IMG/VR virus record: IMGVR_UViG_3300040771_000047
Location: 64,593-89,262 of that record
Source: a virus
Direction: 5' to 3' (one strand)
DNA length: 24,670 nucleotides
The notes beneath the pieces were generated by a model. That model was not told the origin of the DNA. It worked only from the letters and a program-made list of their open reading frames with translations, and searched no databases. Both the position numbers and the translations under genes were made by a program. Shown piece after piece: positions 12,401 through 18,324 of the stretch; the stretch's first letter is position 1; each line of letters begins with the position of its first letter.

Positions 12401-14243
12401 CTAGTCCGGAAAATGCGGATTTACCCTTACCTAATTTAACTAATCCCTTGCCTAGATTTCCTAGTAATGCACCTGTGTAAACTTCAGCTAAACCTTCAGC
12501 AGCTTGTTTTCTAAGTCCAGTCATACTGGCTTCAAACAAACCTAAAGGTCTGAAAGTTTCTATTTCCTCTTCTAAAGTTTGTTCACCTGCAGAAAACCTT
12601 TTACCTAACTTAATTTCCATGTGAGCTACTTCTGCTTCTTCTTCTGGAGTTAAGTTAGCTTTAGCTCCTAATGTAGCTAATTTGTTTTTGTAAGATTGTG
12701 CAATTCCTTCATTAGTCCTTTGCATCAATTTGTAATAGTTGTCTTGAACATAGATATTTGTAATCTTACCTTGTTCATCTCTAACTACATTAGAACCTTT
12801 GGATAAACCTTCATTTATAAAGTGAGGGTCCATTAAATTCATAGCTTCAAACTTAGCACCAAGTACTGCACCATCCATCCCAACAGCTGTTGTTTTGGTA
12901 AGCATTTTAGATACTTTATCAGGACCCATACTTCTGTAAAGGTCTTTAGAAGCTTGAGAAATGTAACCTTTCTCTAAAAAAGCTAACTTTTCTCCTACTT
13001 CTGCTACTCTAGTTCCTCTTGCAACTATTCCTGCACCTTTACTTAATAATCCAGCAGCACCTTCAGTTAACATCATTTCAGCTATCATATCTAGGGAACC
13101 TCCCATTTGATTAATAGTGTTATGACCAAATGATTTCATGTCAGCAGTCTGAGCCTGTGCTTCATCCCTTAAAGAATAAGATTGTAGCATTGCCATATCC
13201 TTCTCAGGAATAGCACTAAGTCTTACTTGAGCTTCTTCATCAGTTTCTCCTTCGGGGCCTACAAGTTGGTTCTGATATTTCTTTTCTAACTCATCTTTCT
13301 GAAAGAAGTTTATTAATTGACTAGTTTGATGAGGAAAAGGTATTATCATTCCTTCCTTTTCATTAGTATCCACAATAGTAGAAATAAGTTCTCCTATAAC
13401 GTAACCTACTTTAGGGTCTAGTACATTATCTAAACCTCTAATCTCACGTTCATTATTATAAAGTTCTACATTTAGTCTTCCTCTCTCAAATGAGTCAGTA
13501 CTAGCATCATGCAGTCTTTGTATAGTTTCATTTTGTTTTTGTATCTGCTGCTTTTTAAGCTTAACTCCAGGAGCTTTAGCTCCTTTAAGCTCTTCTTGCA
13601 GCTTTTCTACTTTCTTTTGGTCATTTGATGCAGGTAGTATAGAATCAAATCCTGCATCTAAAAGTCCACTTACTCCATTTACTAAACTTGGAGCAATGTT
13701 TCCAAAACCTTTGGCAATTTTTTCTCCCCACCCAGCATCGGGACCAGACTCTAAGTATTCCATTTTAGATACAGATGCACCTTTAGTTTGCTTAGCTAAA
13801 AGGGCATCTAATTCTTGTTGCTTTTGTACAAAAATAGGGTTAGCTTTAGTTTCTTCAGCTATTTTATATAAAGCAGCTTCTTCTTGTTCTTGAACTTCTG
13901 GTGCAACTACAGGTCCAACAGGTTTAACCTTATTAGCTACTGCTTTTCTAGCATCAGCATCTTTTTGCTGAGCTTGAGCAAGTACTTTTTGTTTATCAGC
14001 ATAGTCTTTTTTATAAGCTGCTTCTTTTTCAACTAATTCAAGAGCTACTTGTTTTGCTCTTTCTTCTTCAGCTTGTTTTTTCTCAAAATCTGCAACATAC
14101 CTAGCAACGTTATCTTGTTCTTCAATTGATAAAGTATTTTTATCAATTTCTTTTTGTATTTTTTCGTATTCACTTTTTCTGTTTTGAAGAGTTCCTTTAT
14201 AATCTTCAACGTTAATACCATTTACACGATGTTGCTTACCCAT
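408..14243 (-). CDS. 4611-aa virion-associated multidomain protein: ejection-like N-terminal region, crAss-type two-barrel DNA-dependent RNA polymerase, C-terminal zincin metallopeptidase
   Basis: The ORF is uninterrupted and ends in TAA TAA. RNAP motifs: catalytic GLDYDVDK (D3294-D3298), upstream FRTP (R3255), TDAQEY (D2811), QPIKP...YIKSS (K2865, K2886) and ATDNEK (D3563). Zincin motifs: HEYIH (H4250) with downstream NIKEF (E4329). Confidence 0.88.
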   Translation of the reverse strand: MGKQHRVNGINVEDYKGTLQNRKSEYEKIQKEIDKNTLSIEEQDNVARYVADFEKKQAEEERAKQVALELVEKEAAYKKDYADKQKVLAQAQQKDADARKAVANKVKPVGPVVAPEVQEQEEAALYKIAEETKANPIFVQKQQELDALLAKQTKGASVSKMEYLESGPDAGWGEKIAKGFGNIAPSLVNGVSGLLDAGFDSILPASNDQKKVEKLQEELKGAKAPGVKLKKQQIQKQNETIQRLHDASTDSFERGRLNVELYNNEREIRGLDNVLDPKVGYVIGELISTIVDTNEKEGMIIPFPHQTSQLINFFQKDELEKKYQNQLVGPEGETDEEAQVRLSAIPEKDMAMLQSYSLRDEAQAQTADMKSFGHNTINQMGGSLDMIAEMMLTEGAAGLLSKGAGIVARGTRVAEVGEKLAFLEKGYISQASKDLYRSMGPDKVSKMLTKTTAVGMDGAVLGAKFEAMNLMDPHFINEGLSKGSNVVRDEQGKITNIYVQDNYYKLMQRTNEGIAQSYKNKLATLGAKANLTPEEEAEVAHMEIKLGKRFSAGEQTLEEEIETFRPLGLFEASMTGLRKQAAEGLAEVYTGALLGNLGKGLVKLGKGKSAFSGLGKFAIRTEKAVGELGEEIATGRAKLVNSTKLTKFLDKKLSGKALVPTFNGQKITGTVEELPEEYFTSAVNSIFEGDPKEFMDTTFDLQSNKDILIQTALLNAGFGAVGSMQTSYQLGVNKLGQARIDEATALKKNHTESIAENNVRIKDAEAKLASGTLSIDETEQYKNQVVNFKAANLSSNTAIAQANKNANKEAKYSDIRKYNDARNSTREAINGLRLANKDSDLNQILNIQSLGANNIELQNKEIKRFRAEGKTESADMLEKLMFNNVVSNAVQAGQLSELSTVLKRAGAKGSLNVETQKTLVRASEHVTELNRISEVYKDHPLLNKLLKFQYEKMNLEEGIEDNKAISSTLSVQARKEIEADYPGRGFNIDEIFTPGNTTFSPAELEMLERGHEGVSNYSNSLKASEQMQEVLDSTNKIVAKLRTEPQHEINKQRVEKEMQDLLGDIQDRKTKSEGIDNVDDEYLNDTENVTFDAEGQLVVNTKLIDFLFEKNKENFVGKWATDNKINDKAYKDIKTKFDQFAVLTMNFKRYKDMQASAQASAAAETPNQTPITPEVVIVRDEDAEGNIISDIENFTSDLDDSFDDEDVAANEGELIDYSIDNYAYTPEQLEVMKKGIAHIYGMVATLTNNPSPSFTDVMEQFYKYSKDKNNVKKYYNHLVRGWTELGHTVTSAETMNLYNKFFDIASDIESITDSIFNMYESPQKVISVPPVETVVTQTAKLEQTIADGVVVQDTLFDDENNPSHVEQANKTLTERVSQGLTPWIGYSAQAYEIVTGEDGVVRKVTSGTELNPVDKVNYLALLDPDAYPNGAPMGVKIAPESDWATTMVSNGRNAKGERVLTPFSSWLSRREAANPNFRSTQEFLDKVPMYYTSMKGEPIGYVKDIDGYNAYDIDNPFGPSTNQANPTKPWQDHINAGIANARALRENINSGLTEVTVERRSKEGIMYVIPMEQEQITLEESNPQSVVATLNRTGSKGLLQNLDEGFAKGSKVLLNKEEDFDGSSLGHSFYVYRVGTDVLADGKVVETYRASKFERYPNASQVESVANAIHIFNLLSDNKYKAVSQRQTINAKNGRQENFPSTTNNTPEDRRYIIETFVDPILDATGYNISKIQDLTDFIRMHFQISAATLMELRLPTDRKSYDSSSLILYKRLFANYSIEDIIAKDMLTQHTLSAALGSKVGMVAVGTEKVELLQKDGKKMTYHDYIKANSKTNIKAFNVGTEAKPIYATIIQPVIHINYKSVAKQEKPASTLVEETVAPVFKKLEEKKKVEVSEHIDFLNTLGIEVEDELYDEMIDNVDAIVSIFNLTGNLDIEQEQAIRKFIVSNIGKKIVDEYKLDPKKKITPEVKNNLSVAIEFELTQIVNNLKSKITVMQAKLEGNTDAKSLQVKDKYEETLTNLNTIVNEYTKLFDKAFEDLKQQTKIVDSETDAEDILDVKQFGKESIEADFKGSIDPDLRLFLNSIAVYDKKGVPVSGYLGLPSYMDFNDVFNQLTKNITLSSEIPSDYDSLIRKLKESKTPFVADVLAKLEGSSQQIKNKFLTTFVKHTLQSKFGMYENTASGVKLKMYDTNANEITRVLKKRWINDTKASNLYTKEGSFNAEFAESLLTQFAAIDVKTENGTKELRSWLEQIGLYLEEGSWDQIVAKGIYNKQDYDFNDLLTLEAGGLTYPILKFLNEAKANPLDYEFTSENTVFKEMSGVINGISAVEALYNPQLISLAFRDSGKDISTQVPTKFITDRVAELKRSASDSNNTLIEDLQSLSFSDNSIMLQLLKENKNFKSLFKISHVGITAFKEKGDTPTKAGLNNLSDMDYYLTTLTGFQDRKGEEISKNTKIGGFTIRMANMLNLTMSDKTTNVFLRTGVFDFLADASTAFYPKENGNQSLTKRTTDLLFDQLVASELKRIVNFHNNVKSTNVADYDKAAQVFHLIPGMNNVKDEKGVRIIDILGELASQGNLDYDKIVELHKDKFVATLENVVEKEVNHFSKLWEGQVVKSNKMFDAEYFSKADISLTPSKDFKLGVYDYVLNSMLHQADLFKVFAGDVSMYAKDKQVGEVGPENTKTDEQYISLNKTIGVNLGKRLALLIAPGNKIANSYKENYNQIFLKDSIDIAENSEYLVGLFYGEKGIAEAKPLLEKYAIEAKVVADMEQGVGKIDPAILAAAKSNMKVIRDGLAKKFPSLDGYFDLESTDAQEYTTAKEHVDIIYRLGRMSDEEHAGILATLAKPGREGHLNKQQLAIVLQPIKPVHTGTYFNKGWDMNRVVYIKSSSFPLLPQFTQGNRLNDLRLKMEELHEATGNGVRASFKTANKVGSVKSENEVNPFDKQSLEKVMNGYNAATKTFDENGANNSVVVLSRDNFRIQQDVPFKSDKKKSDTVSMGTQFFKLLFGDGVINEDGFKLNPTDTETLTGKQLYDHYNESFAKIVDIKKKQLFSKLGLEEDGTVKNEAKFVKNLQDLLVKEAIAKGMSLKSVRGLKIEKLQAKLGYYYEFKTPLWLSSDSNRYESLLNSLIGNAVMHHKMPGNAFVAGSESGFAYSETMEGIEESDVIYLDNYNGKELQGTHTTSENGEVKFHKAQVFVTSKFKDNNNELIDLFEGFDLKTGNVANAKYLKRNENGSLGLKEDMIDPMLFNNFSFRTPTSSHVSGSSIEIVGILPAIQGDLMIVPKNFTKQKGLDYDVDKESAYQLNHFLTDSGKIKVLDRADIETITSGLKDKIEKFNLENTSTSRKSSFANELFSAFVQGQGNLLDEESLESLLLPQLDIIDKLNYLESELERKLAENEFIKVHLAVYNNPSVKIQSKINKILSIDYAKEQAEKLEKINSLGEKNKYINERKAEGLSRDEAKLEYEQMNSNFTFLSYAYQKQKMDLGTIGKAAIGVYANFTTLNGLIQQNGSEIFIRDKKGNPKPLTIGNYTAKGILGQEMTVDGSRSIADVLAERENIATDNEKEQVLGRVGVNEQTINIDAYLTLMGFDKDENGNSIPFLMLSQPVIVNLNKQLRDAKGVLGEYINKNELIATTISTLTSGSIIYTEVKGIWKFRNAIDNQEVEDFMGGKLTGKNMLESIEKNDTTSETQAAALMNYVNLEKEVAEVANAQSVVDTNNLGKSIIESQLKYEKLKKITENSVLGNASKLIGDFLSKEMYFTKPEGYYDIGEYWVKPTTPQGQIAITGLQLGHTLFKDFFPYQDTSLTAIVEENLRLSGKDPDRANEESYEEVLTDIKKYLFSSEANNIFEGNAQVKRHETLIDDESNTSLSTYIKDTLRSATNTRGISSLKKNALISSFEFITGKLPGELSLINYSNTSVDNNNQELMYNAIPSLIMSNLKLPNRNGEAYTTRMLAEDLIAYSYLEGGVQEATQFVKFIPVEVLETIGKYEQSRFINAEGKSEARRVFKSANRKLQGLNPNRMNTPEGGENGMFGRLLGLSPVEGSFSTFTKQRFQHNPSLAPKIYSKGITNVKNAEGTFTLKEESKGKNLPFLSMAIKDKGKTSYVLYQNVGAMNYQRISLLGQNGVSEYQYGVLSAFSLGETKIQNLKANNSLLEGNEAVDLKLEEDTTVGTVLEKIKNLVLSEDFAFITEAAKFLEQFGNPNIGFELGTDIVGAGASYVSDLKVKLKPSMTTGVSVEKTAVTFLHEYIHTITTRELEKYYDSDFINLRKDVTIPTHVTALHISFSQFRAKYAAEIASMKFKKDNKLSFSEDDKSIYYAGYNIKEFMTMSLTSKNFQDAMSQVPYMKSGVSYLDKILATIMKFMENIYPNLKEGSVAHDAVGKSLRFIEKERAEQQLSYYELLSNSQLGSLDSKRLGVQTIDTTKEVDKIKQLVANKETFAKLDEENINNQLTNGKYYIAKPVNNGASQEYIPITKDNLDFALENLDTLVAKSLNGRMSNYAVPVTNWNVQISRSESLDYEEYKLEEIYQEMMAENVNAEEKAAFIRFFNDLGFNFNEKAEEQFKDPNQTSLFDDADNMIDNNSVAEENEVVLSEEEKLPCEGGLAI
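1045..1720 (-). other. Zincin-like metallopeptidase domain within the giant protein (HEYIH at 1482-1496; boundaries approximate)
   Basis: TFLHEYIHTIT is followed about 75 aa later by YNIKEFMTMSLTSKNFQ. This HEXXH...EF pattern is typical of metallopeptidases in phage polyvalent proteins. Confidence 0.8.
4350..4364 (-). other. RNA polymerase catalytic DxDxD motif (DYDVD)
   Basis: Context is FRTPTSSHVS...GDLMIVPKNFTKQKGLDYDVDK. The RxP-to-DxDxD arrangement fits the double-psi beta-barrel of two-barrel polymerases. crAss-like RNAPs have a non-Gly residue at position 4 (DFDID in phi14:2 gp66). Confidence 0.88.
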
Positions 14244-14256
14244 AATATTGCTTTAT

Positions 14257-15975
14257 TTAGTCTGTATCTACTCTTATTCCTAAGTTGTTAAAAGTGGTAA
14301 CAAAGTGTAAAGGTACACCATTTACTTCAAACTCAAAGGAATTTTTATTATTATGAAACTGTGAAGGATTATCAGTTAAAATAATAGGCATTTCAGAACC
14401 TTTTACAAAGTAATCTCCAGTTCTTTTAGCTTTAGTATTTTTAGAAGCAGCTGGTCCTCTTCGAGCTCCTCCTATTGTTGTTTTAGTTTCTTCAGTTGTT
14501 GCATCTGCTTCAGTTACACCACTAAAATCTTCTTCTGTAAATCCATAAAGCTCTGGATTATTTTTTATATCATAAAAAGATTTATTTTTTACATGTATAG
14601 TTTTACCTGCACGATTTCTTATATCAAAATCCCCTTTTACACCATATAAGTTAGCAGGGTCTTCTGTATACGCTCCTACTGCTTTTTGAATAGCAACTGT
14701 TGCAGCTACACCTAATACTTCAGAAGTTGCTCCATAACCAATGTTTAACCTTTCTGTATACAATTTACCTATTTGAGTATATTGTTCACGTAACTTTTTA
14801 GCTTCAATACTTCCTTCTGGCATTTTAGCAATAGTTGCATCTAAGGCTTCTTTAATACCTTTTACACTCATTTCTTTTCCAGCTCCTTGTCGTGGCATTT
14901 TTAATGTGTCAAAAGCAAATGAGTTTAAAGCATCATTGTATTTTTGATTAACTAAAAGTAAATCTTTCTTCTTAGTTAACACAATGTTTTTAGATACACT
15001 TCCTAAAAGATTAGTCTTGTCTGACTGTGTTTTTGCGTATTGTTCTTGTTGCCATTCATAATGACTATTAACTTTTATACTACGTCTAGTATCTTGTTCT
15101 TTTACTTCATAGGCTATACCTGCAGCTTGTGCTTTTCTTCCAAAGAAATTGTCTGGATTTATAGTTTGTACTTGTTGTCCTTTTTTATTTACTGAAGTAT
15201 TGTATGCTCTATTAATATCAACATCTTCATACCCGGCAACTCCCGAAGCACTCCAATCATTTAAAGCTGTTTGATAGTTAACATCTGCTCCAGCTGCAGC
15301 TAAATAAGCTTGTTGTATTTCTCCTTGTGTAAGTATCTTATTATCATCAGAACTAGTGTTAATCCAAGCTCCTGATACACTATCTCTTTCAACTTTTTTA
15401 CCTTTAGCTTTCATTTGAGCTAAGAATTTGTCATCAAATTCAGGATGATAGTATGTACCATCTACTTTAAGAGTGCCAGTAGATTGTTTAGTTGCATCAT
15501 TATATCCTAATCCATTCTCATAGCCTGAGAAAATTTCTTTTTTCTTAATGGCTACATAATTAGCATCTTCTGGATGTGCCTTAAGATGGTCATTTAATAT
15601 TTGTATTTCAGCTTCTGCTTTCTTTTTATTATTCTGCATAGTTCCAATAGGACCTGTAGTCCAATCAGCACTAATATCTCTACCAAGTTTAGTAATGTCC
15701 CCTGTGTACTTATTGTACTCCATAGGATTAGCTTGTATGTTTTCTACAATACCACTTATCTTACCTTCATAGTCAGCAATTCTCTTCTGCAAAGCAGGAG
15801 TATCTTGTATTAAAGATTCAGCTTTAAGTTTTTCTAAGTAAGAATTAGCACTTGCAATAGTGTCATCTACAGCTTTTTCTTTGTTCATAATAACATTAGC
15901 CATAAGTTCAGCAGGTGCTTGATACATTTTATTATCAATAAAATGAGGTTGTGACGTTTCGTAGAATCTACCCAT
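14257..15975 (-). CDS. 572-aa putative internal virion (ejected cargo) protein
   Basis: Long ORF with a helical, coiled-coil-like N-terminal half and no cysteine. It lies between the 773-aa cargo-like gene and the RNAP gene. Its ATG overlaps the upstream stop (TAATG). No catalytic motif recognised. Confidence 0.6.
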   Translation of the reverse strand: MGRFYETSQPHFIDNKMYQAPAELMANVIMNKEKAVDDTIASANSYLEKLKAESLIQDTPALQKRIADYEGKISGIVENIQANPMEYNKYTGDITKLGRDISADWTTGPIGTMQNNKKKAEAEIQILNDHLKAHPEDANYVAIKKKEIFSGYENGLGYNDATKQSTGTLKVDGTYYHPEFDDKFLAQMKAKGKKVERDSVSGAWINTSSDDNKILTQGEIQQAYLAAAGADVNYQTALNDWSASGVAGYEDVDINRAYNTSVNKKGQQVQTINPDNFFGRKAQAAGIAYEVKEQDTRRSIKVNSHYEWQQEQYAKTQSDKTNLLGSVSKNIVLTKKKDLLLVNQKYNDALNSFAFDTLKMPRQGAGKEMSVKGIKEALDATIAKMPEGSIEAKKLREQYTQIGKLYTERLNIGYGATSEVLGVAATVAIQKAVGAYTEDPANLYGVKGDFDIRNRAGKTIHVKNKSFYDIKNNPELYGFTEEDFSGVTEADATTEETKTTIGGARRGPAASKNTKAKRTGDYFVKGSEMPIILTDNPSQFHNNKNSFEFEVNGVPLHFVTTFNNLGIRVDTD

Positions 15976-18296
15976 TACTTTTTAGTTTTCTTATTAATAG
16001 CTATGATTTTGTTATTCTTATCAAATTGGAAATACTTACTCATCTGATTTACCATGTTCATCATAGTTTCATTCTGCTTAACTTGATTCAAATCTTTACC
16101 TGTTTGTTGAAGACCTTGCCCCATAGTAGCCTTATCTTGACCTAGTTGTTTGTAGAAAGCATCCTTGTCTTGTCTATTAGCTAAGTCAGCTGAAGCAGCT
16201 CCACCTTGCTTAACTTGGTCAATATTAAGTTTCATATTACTTTCTTGCCCTAGCATAGCCATCATTTGTCTAGCATATTGGTCAGAAAGACTAGCATTAG
16301 AATCATTAGATTGCAAGTCTACAGCTAAGTCTGTTGCTCTCATAGTGTTAACACCTCTAGAACTGTTTCTAGAATTTCTTTTAGCACCATTGGCTTGAGT
16401 AACTATTCTTTGCTTATTATTATCATTCTCTCCAGCCAACATGTTCTTAGCTTCTGCATTAGCAGCTAAAGCTTCATCTCCATAATTTGCATACTGATTT
16501 ATATTGGCAGTATCAGAAGCTCTATTTTTCAAAGTATTATTCATAGGAGAGAACATAGAAACTGCATTACCTAGTAAACCTGTAATATCTCCAGGTGTAA
16601 ATTGCATGCCCATTCCTGCATTTGCTTCTGCTCCTGCTTCATCAGTATATAATGAAGCCATTTTTCCATTAGCTTGATAATCTTTTTCCATTCCTGCAAG
16701 AACTCCTACCGCACCCGCTCCAAAATTATTCATAAAATTATTAGATTGAGTAGGGGTTTGAGTTTGTGCAAAAGCATTTAAAGAATTAGTCATTTCATCT
16801 TGTTCAATATCTGAATAGCCTAAAGGACCTGTTCCTCCTGCCATCTTAACTCCTTGCTTACCTGTCCCCATAGCAAACTCTTGCATTTGGTTAAACTGAT
16901 TGGCCATCTCTTGCATCTGCAAATCGTTTTGCTCTTCATTTTCAATAGCCATTTTCATTCTAGTATGAGAATTGGCTATGGCTTTATCTCCTTTGTTGGC
17001 TGCAAGAAGTTCATCAAGTTTAAGTTCTTTTTTTTCTCTAGCTTTCTTTCTATCTGCCATTGTTTTACCATCAGCACCTTTAAGTTGGTCAGAGTATATC
17101 TTAGTCCCATCAGGAACATTTAAATCAATTCCACCTTGAGTATGTTTAGGTCCTTTTAATTCAGTAGCTTCTCCACCTGGAGCTTCTATCATCTCACCAC
17201 CTTCTGCTTCAATTTGACCTTCAGCATCTCCCATTCCCATAGCTGCCATAGGTACTTGTTCTTTGTTAAACATGCCGGCCATGCCCGGTGCCATACTAGA
17301 TAAAAGTTGTCCACCTAATAGAGTACCCATTGCCCAAGGGTTATCAGCAGCATCAGCTTCAGCCTTTGCAAACATAATATCATTGTCAGCTAAAGCTTCA
17401 GCAGGAGTTTGCATATAATTCTTAGTATTAACTCCACTTGTGCCAGTACCATTAGCAAACTTTTTTTGATTTGCTGAATACTGTGCCCATTGAGGAGTTT
17501 GTTGTATATCTAAGAAGTTACTATCTTTTACAAACTCTCTATCATTTGCTATATTAAAACCTTTGGCATCTGTATTTCTACTATAAAGATAAAATCCAGA
17601 ATCACCAGTAGCTCCATCAGTAACTCCAGGCTGATACCTCACTATAGGTTTAGTATTATATGCTCCTGCAGTTACAGGATTACCTCCTATAACAAGTGGT
17701 AATCCTGTAGTTGGGTCAATAGGAGGGTCAATAGTAGGGGCAGTTACACCCGCTGTTCCTGTACCTTTTCCGTACTTTCTTACTGTTTTTTGTTTCATAT
17801 CAGGGTTAATTATATCTTTTATAAATTTAGCATTGCTTAAATAGCCTGCTCCATATTTTTTTAAATATTTATTATGTTCATCAGGACTACCACTAAGGGC
17901 TCTTTTAAACTGCTCTTTTTGAAGGTCTGTAGTTTTAGGTAAATATTCTTCAGCAATAGCTTCAATAGTTTTACCTGATACATTGGGTAAAAGAGAGCCA
18001 ATAAAATTACTAGCTAATCCCATAACATCCCCATCTACCAAAGCTTTACCTGTATTATATATGTCATAGACTGTTTCTGCAAAAGGGATTTTACCTAGTG
18101 CTGCACCAATCATAGTTGCTTTAGTAGCACTTTCAGAAGTTTTTTTAAGTCTGCTTTGTTCAGGAGCTAAATAATCTTCAAGTTTTGCTTTTCCTTTAAC
18201 TTTATCAGAATATCTTTTAGGGCCTATTAGAGTTGTTGTAGGACCTGCAGGCTTTAGTTTACTTTGTTGTTTATTGCTAGTTTTAGGTTGTAACAT
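15975..18296 (-). CDS. 773-aa putative cargo/ejection protein (position of crAss-like cargo protein 1)
   Basis: Contains IEAEGGEMIEAPGG...LKGPKHTQGGIDLNVPDGTKIYSDQLK (about 17080-17215), a motif I recognise from crAss-like virion proteins. Rich in Met/Gly/Ala/Asn/Gln, no cysteine, with short hydrophobic helices and a coiled-coil-like C-terminus. Directly follows the muzzle gene. Confidence 0.65.
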   Translation of the reverse strand: MLQPKTSNKQQSKLKPAGPTTTLIGPKRYSDKVKGKAKLEDYLAPEQSRLKKTSESATKATMIGAALGKIPFAETVYDIYNTGKALVDGDVMGLASNFIGSLLPNVSGKTIEAIAEEYLPKTTDLQKEQFKRALSGSPDEHNKYLKKYGAGYLSNAKFIKDIINPDMKQKTVRKYGKGTGTAGVTAPTIDPPIDPTTGLPLVIGGNPVTAGAYNTKPIVRYQPGVTDGATGDSGFYLYSRNTDAKGFNIANDREFVKDSNFLDIQQTPQWAQYSANQKKFANGTGTSGVNTKNYMQTPAEALADNDIMFAKAEADAADNPWAMGTLLGGQLLSSMAPGMAGMFNKEQVPMAAMGMGDAEGQIEAEGGEMIEAPGGEATELKGPKHTQGGIDLNVPDGTKIYSDQLKGADGKTMADRKKAREKKELKLDELLAANKGDKAIANSHTRMKMAIENEEQNDLQMQEMANQFNQMQEFAMGTGKQGVKMAGGTGPLGYSDIEQDEMTNSLNAFAQTQTPTQSNNFMNNFGAGAVGVLAGMEKDYQANGKMASLYTDEAGAEANAGMGMQFTPGDITGLLGNAVSMFSPMNNTLKNRASDTANINQYANYGDEALAANAEAKNMLAGENDNNKQRIVTQANGAKRNSRNSSRGVNTMRATDLAVDLQSNDSNASLSDQYARQMMAMLGQESNMKLNIDQVKQGGAASADLANRQDKDAFYKQLGQDKATMGQGLQQTGKDLNQVKQNETMMNMVNQMSKYFQFDKNNKIIAINKKTKK

Positions 18297-18324
18297 AATA
18301 CTTAACTTTATTAAAGGTTAATCT

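Noticed and set aside
408-14243. Intein or self-splicing intron as the reason for the RNAP gene's size
   Set aside because: The ORF is continuous, has no internal Cys, and shows no recognisable intein splice-junction, LAGLIDADG or HNH motif.
14610-14640. GDFDIR in the 572-aa protein resembling an RNAP DFDxD motif
   Set aside because: It lacks the third Asp and the surrounding barrel motifs, so it is most likely a chance match.
18302-18321. Imperfect inverted repeat ttaacttta-t-taaaggttaa in the spacer between the muzzle and cargo genes
   Set aside because: It is almost all A/T, has a bulge, and lacks a GC stem and U-tract. Too weak to call a terminator or operator.
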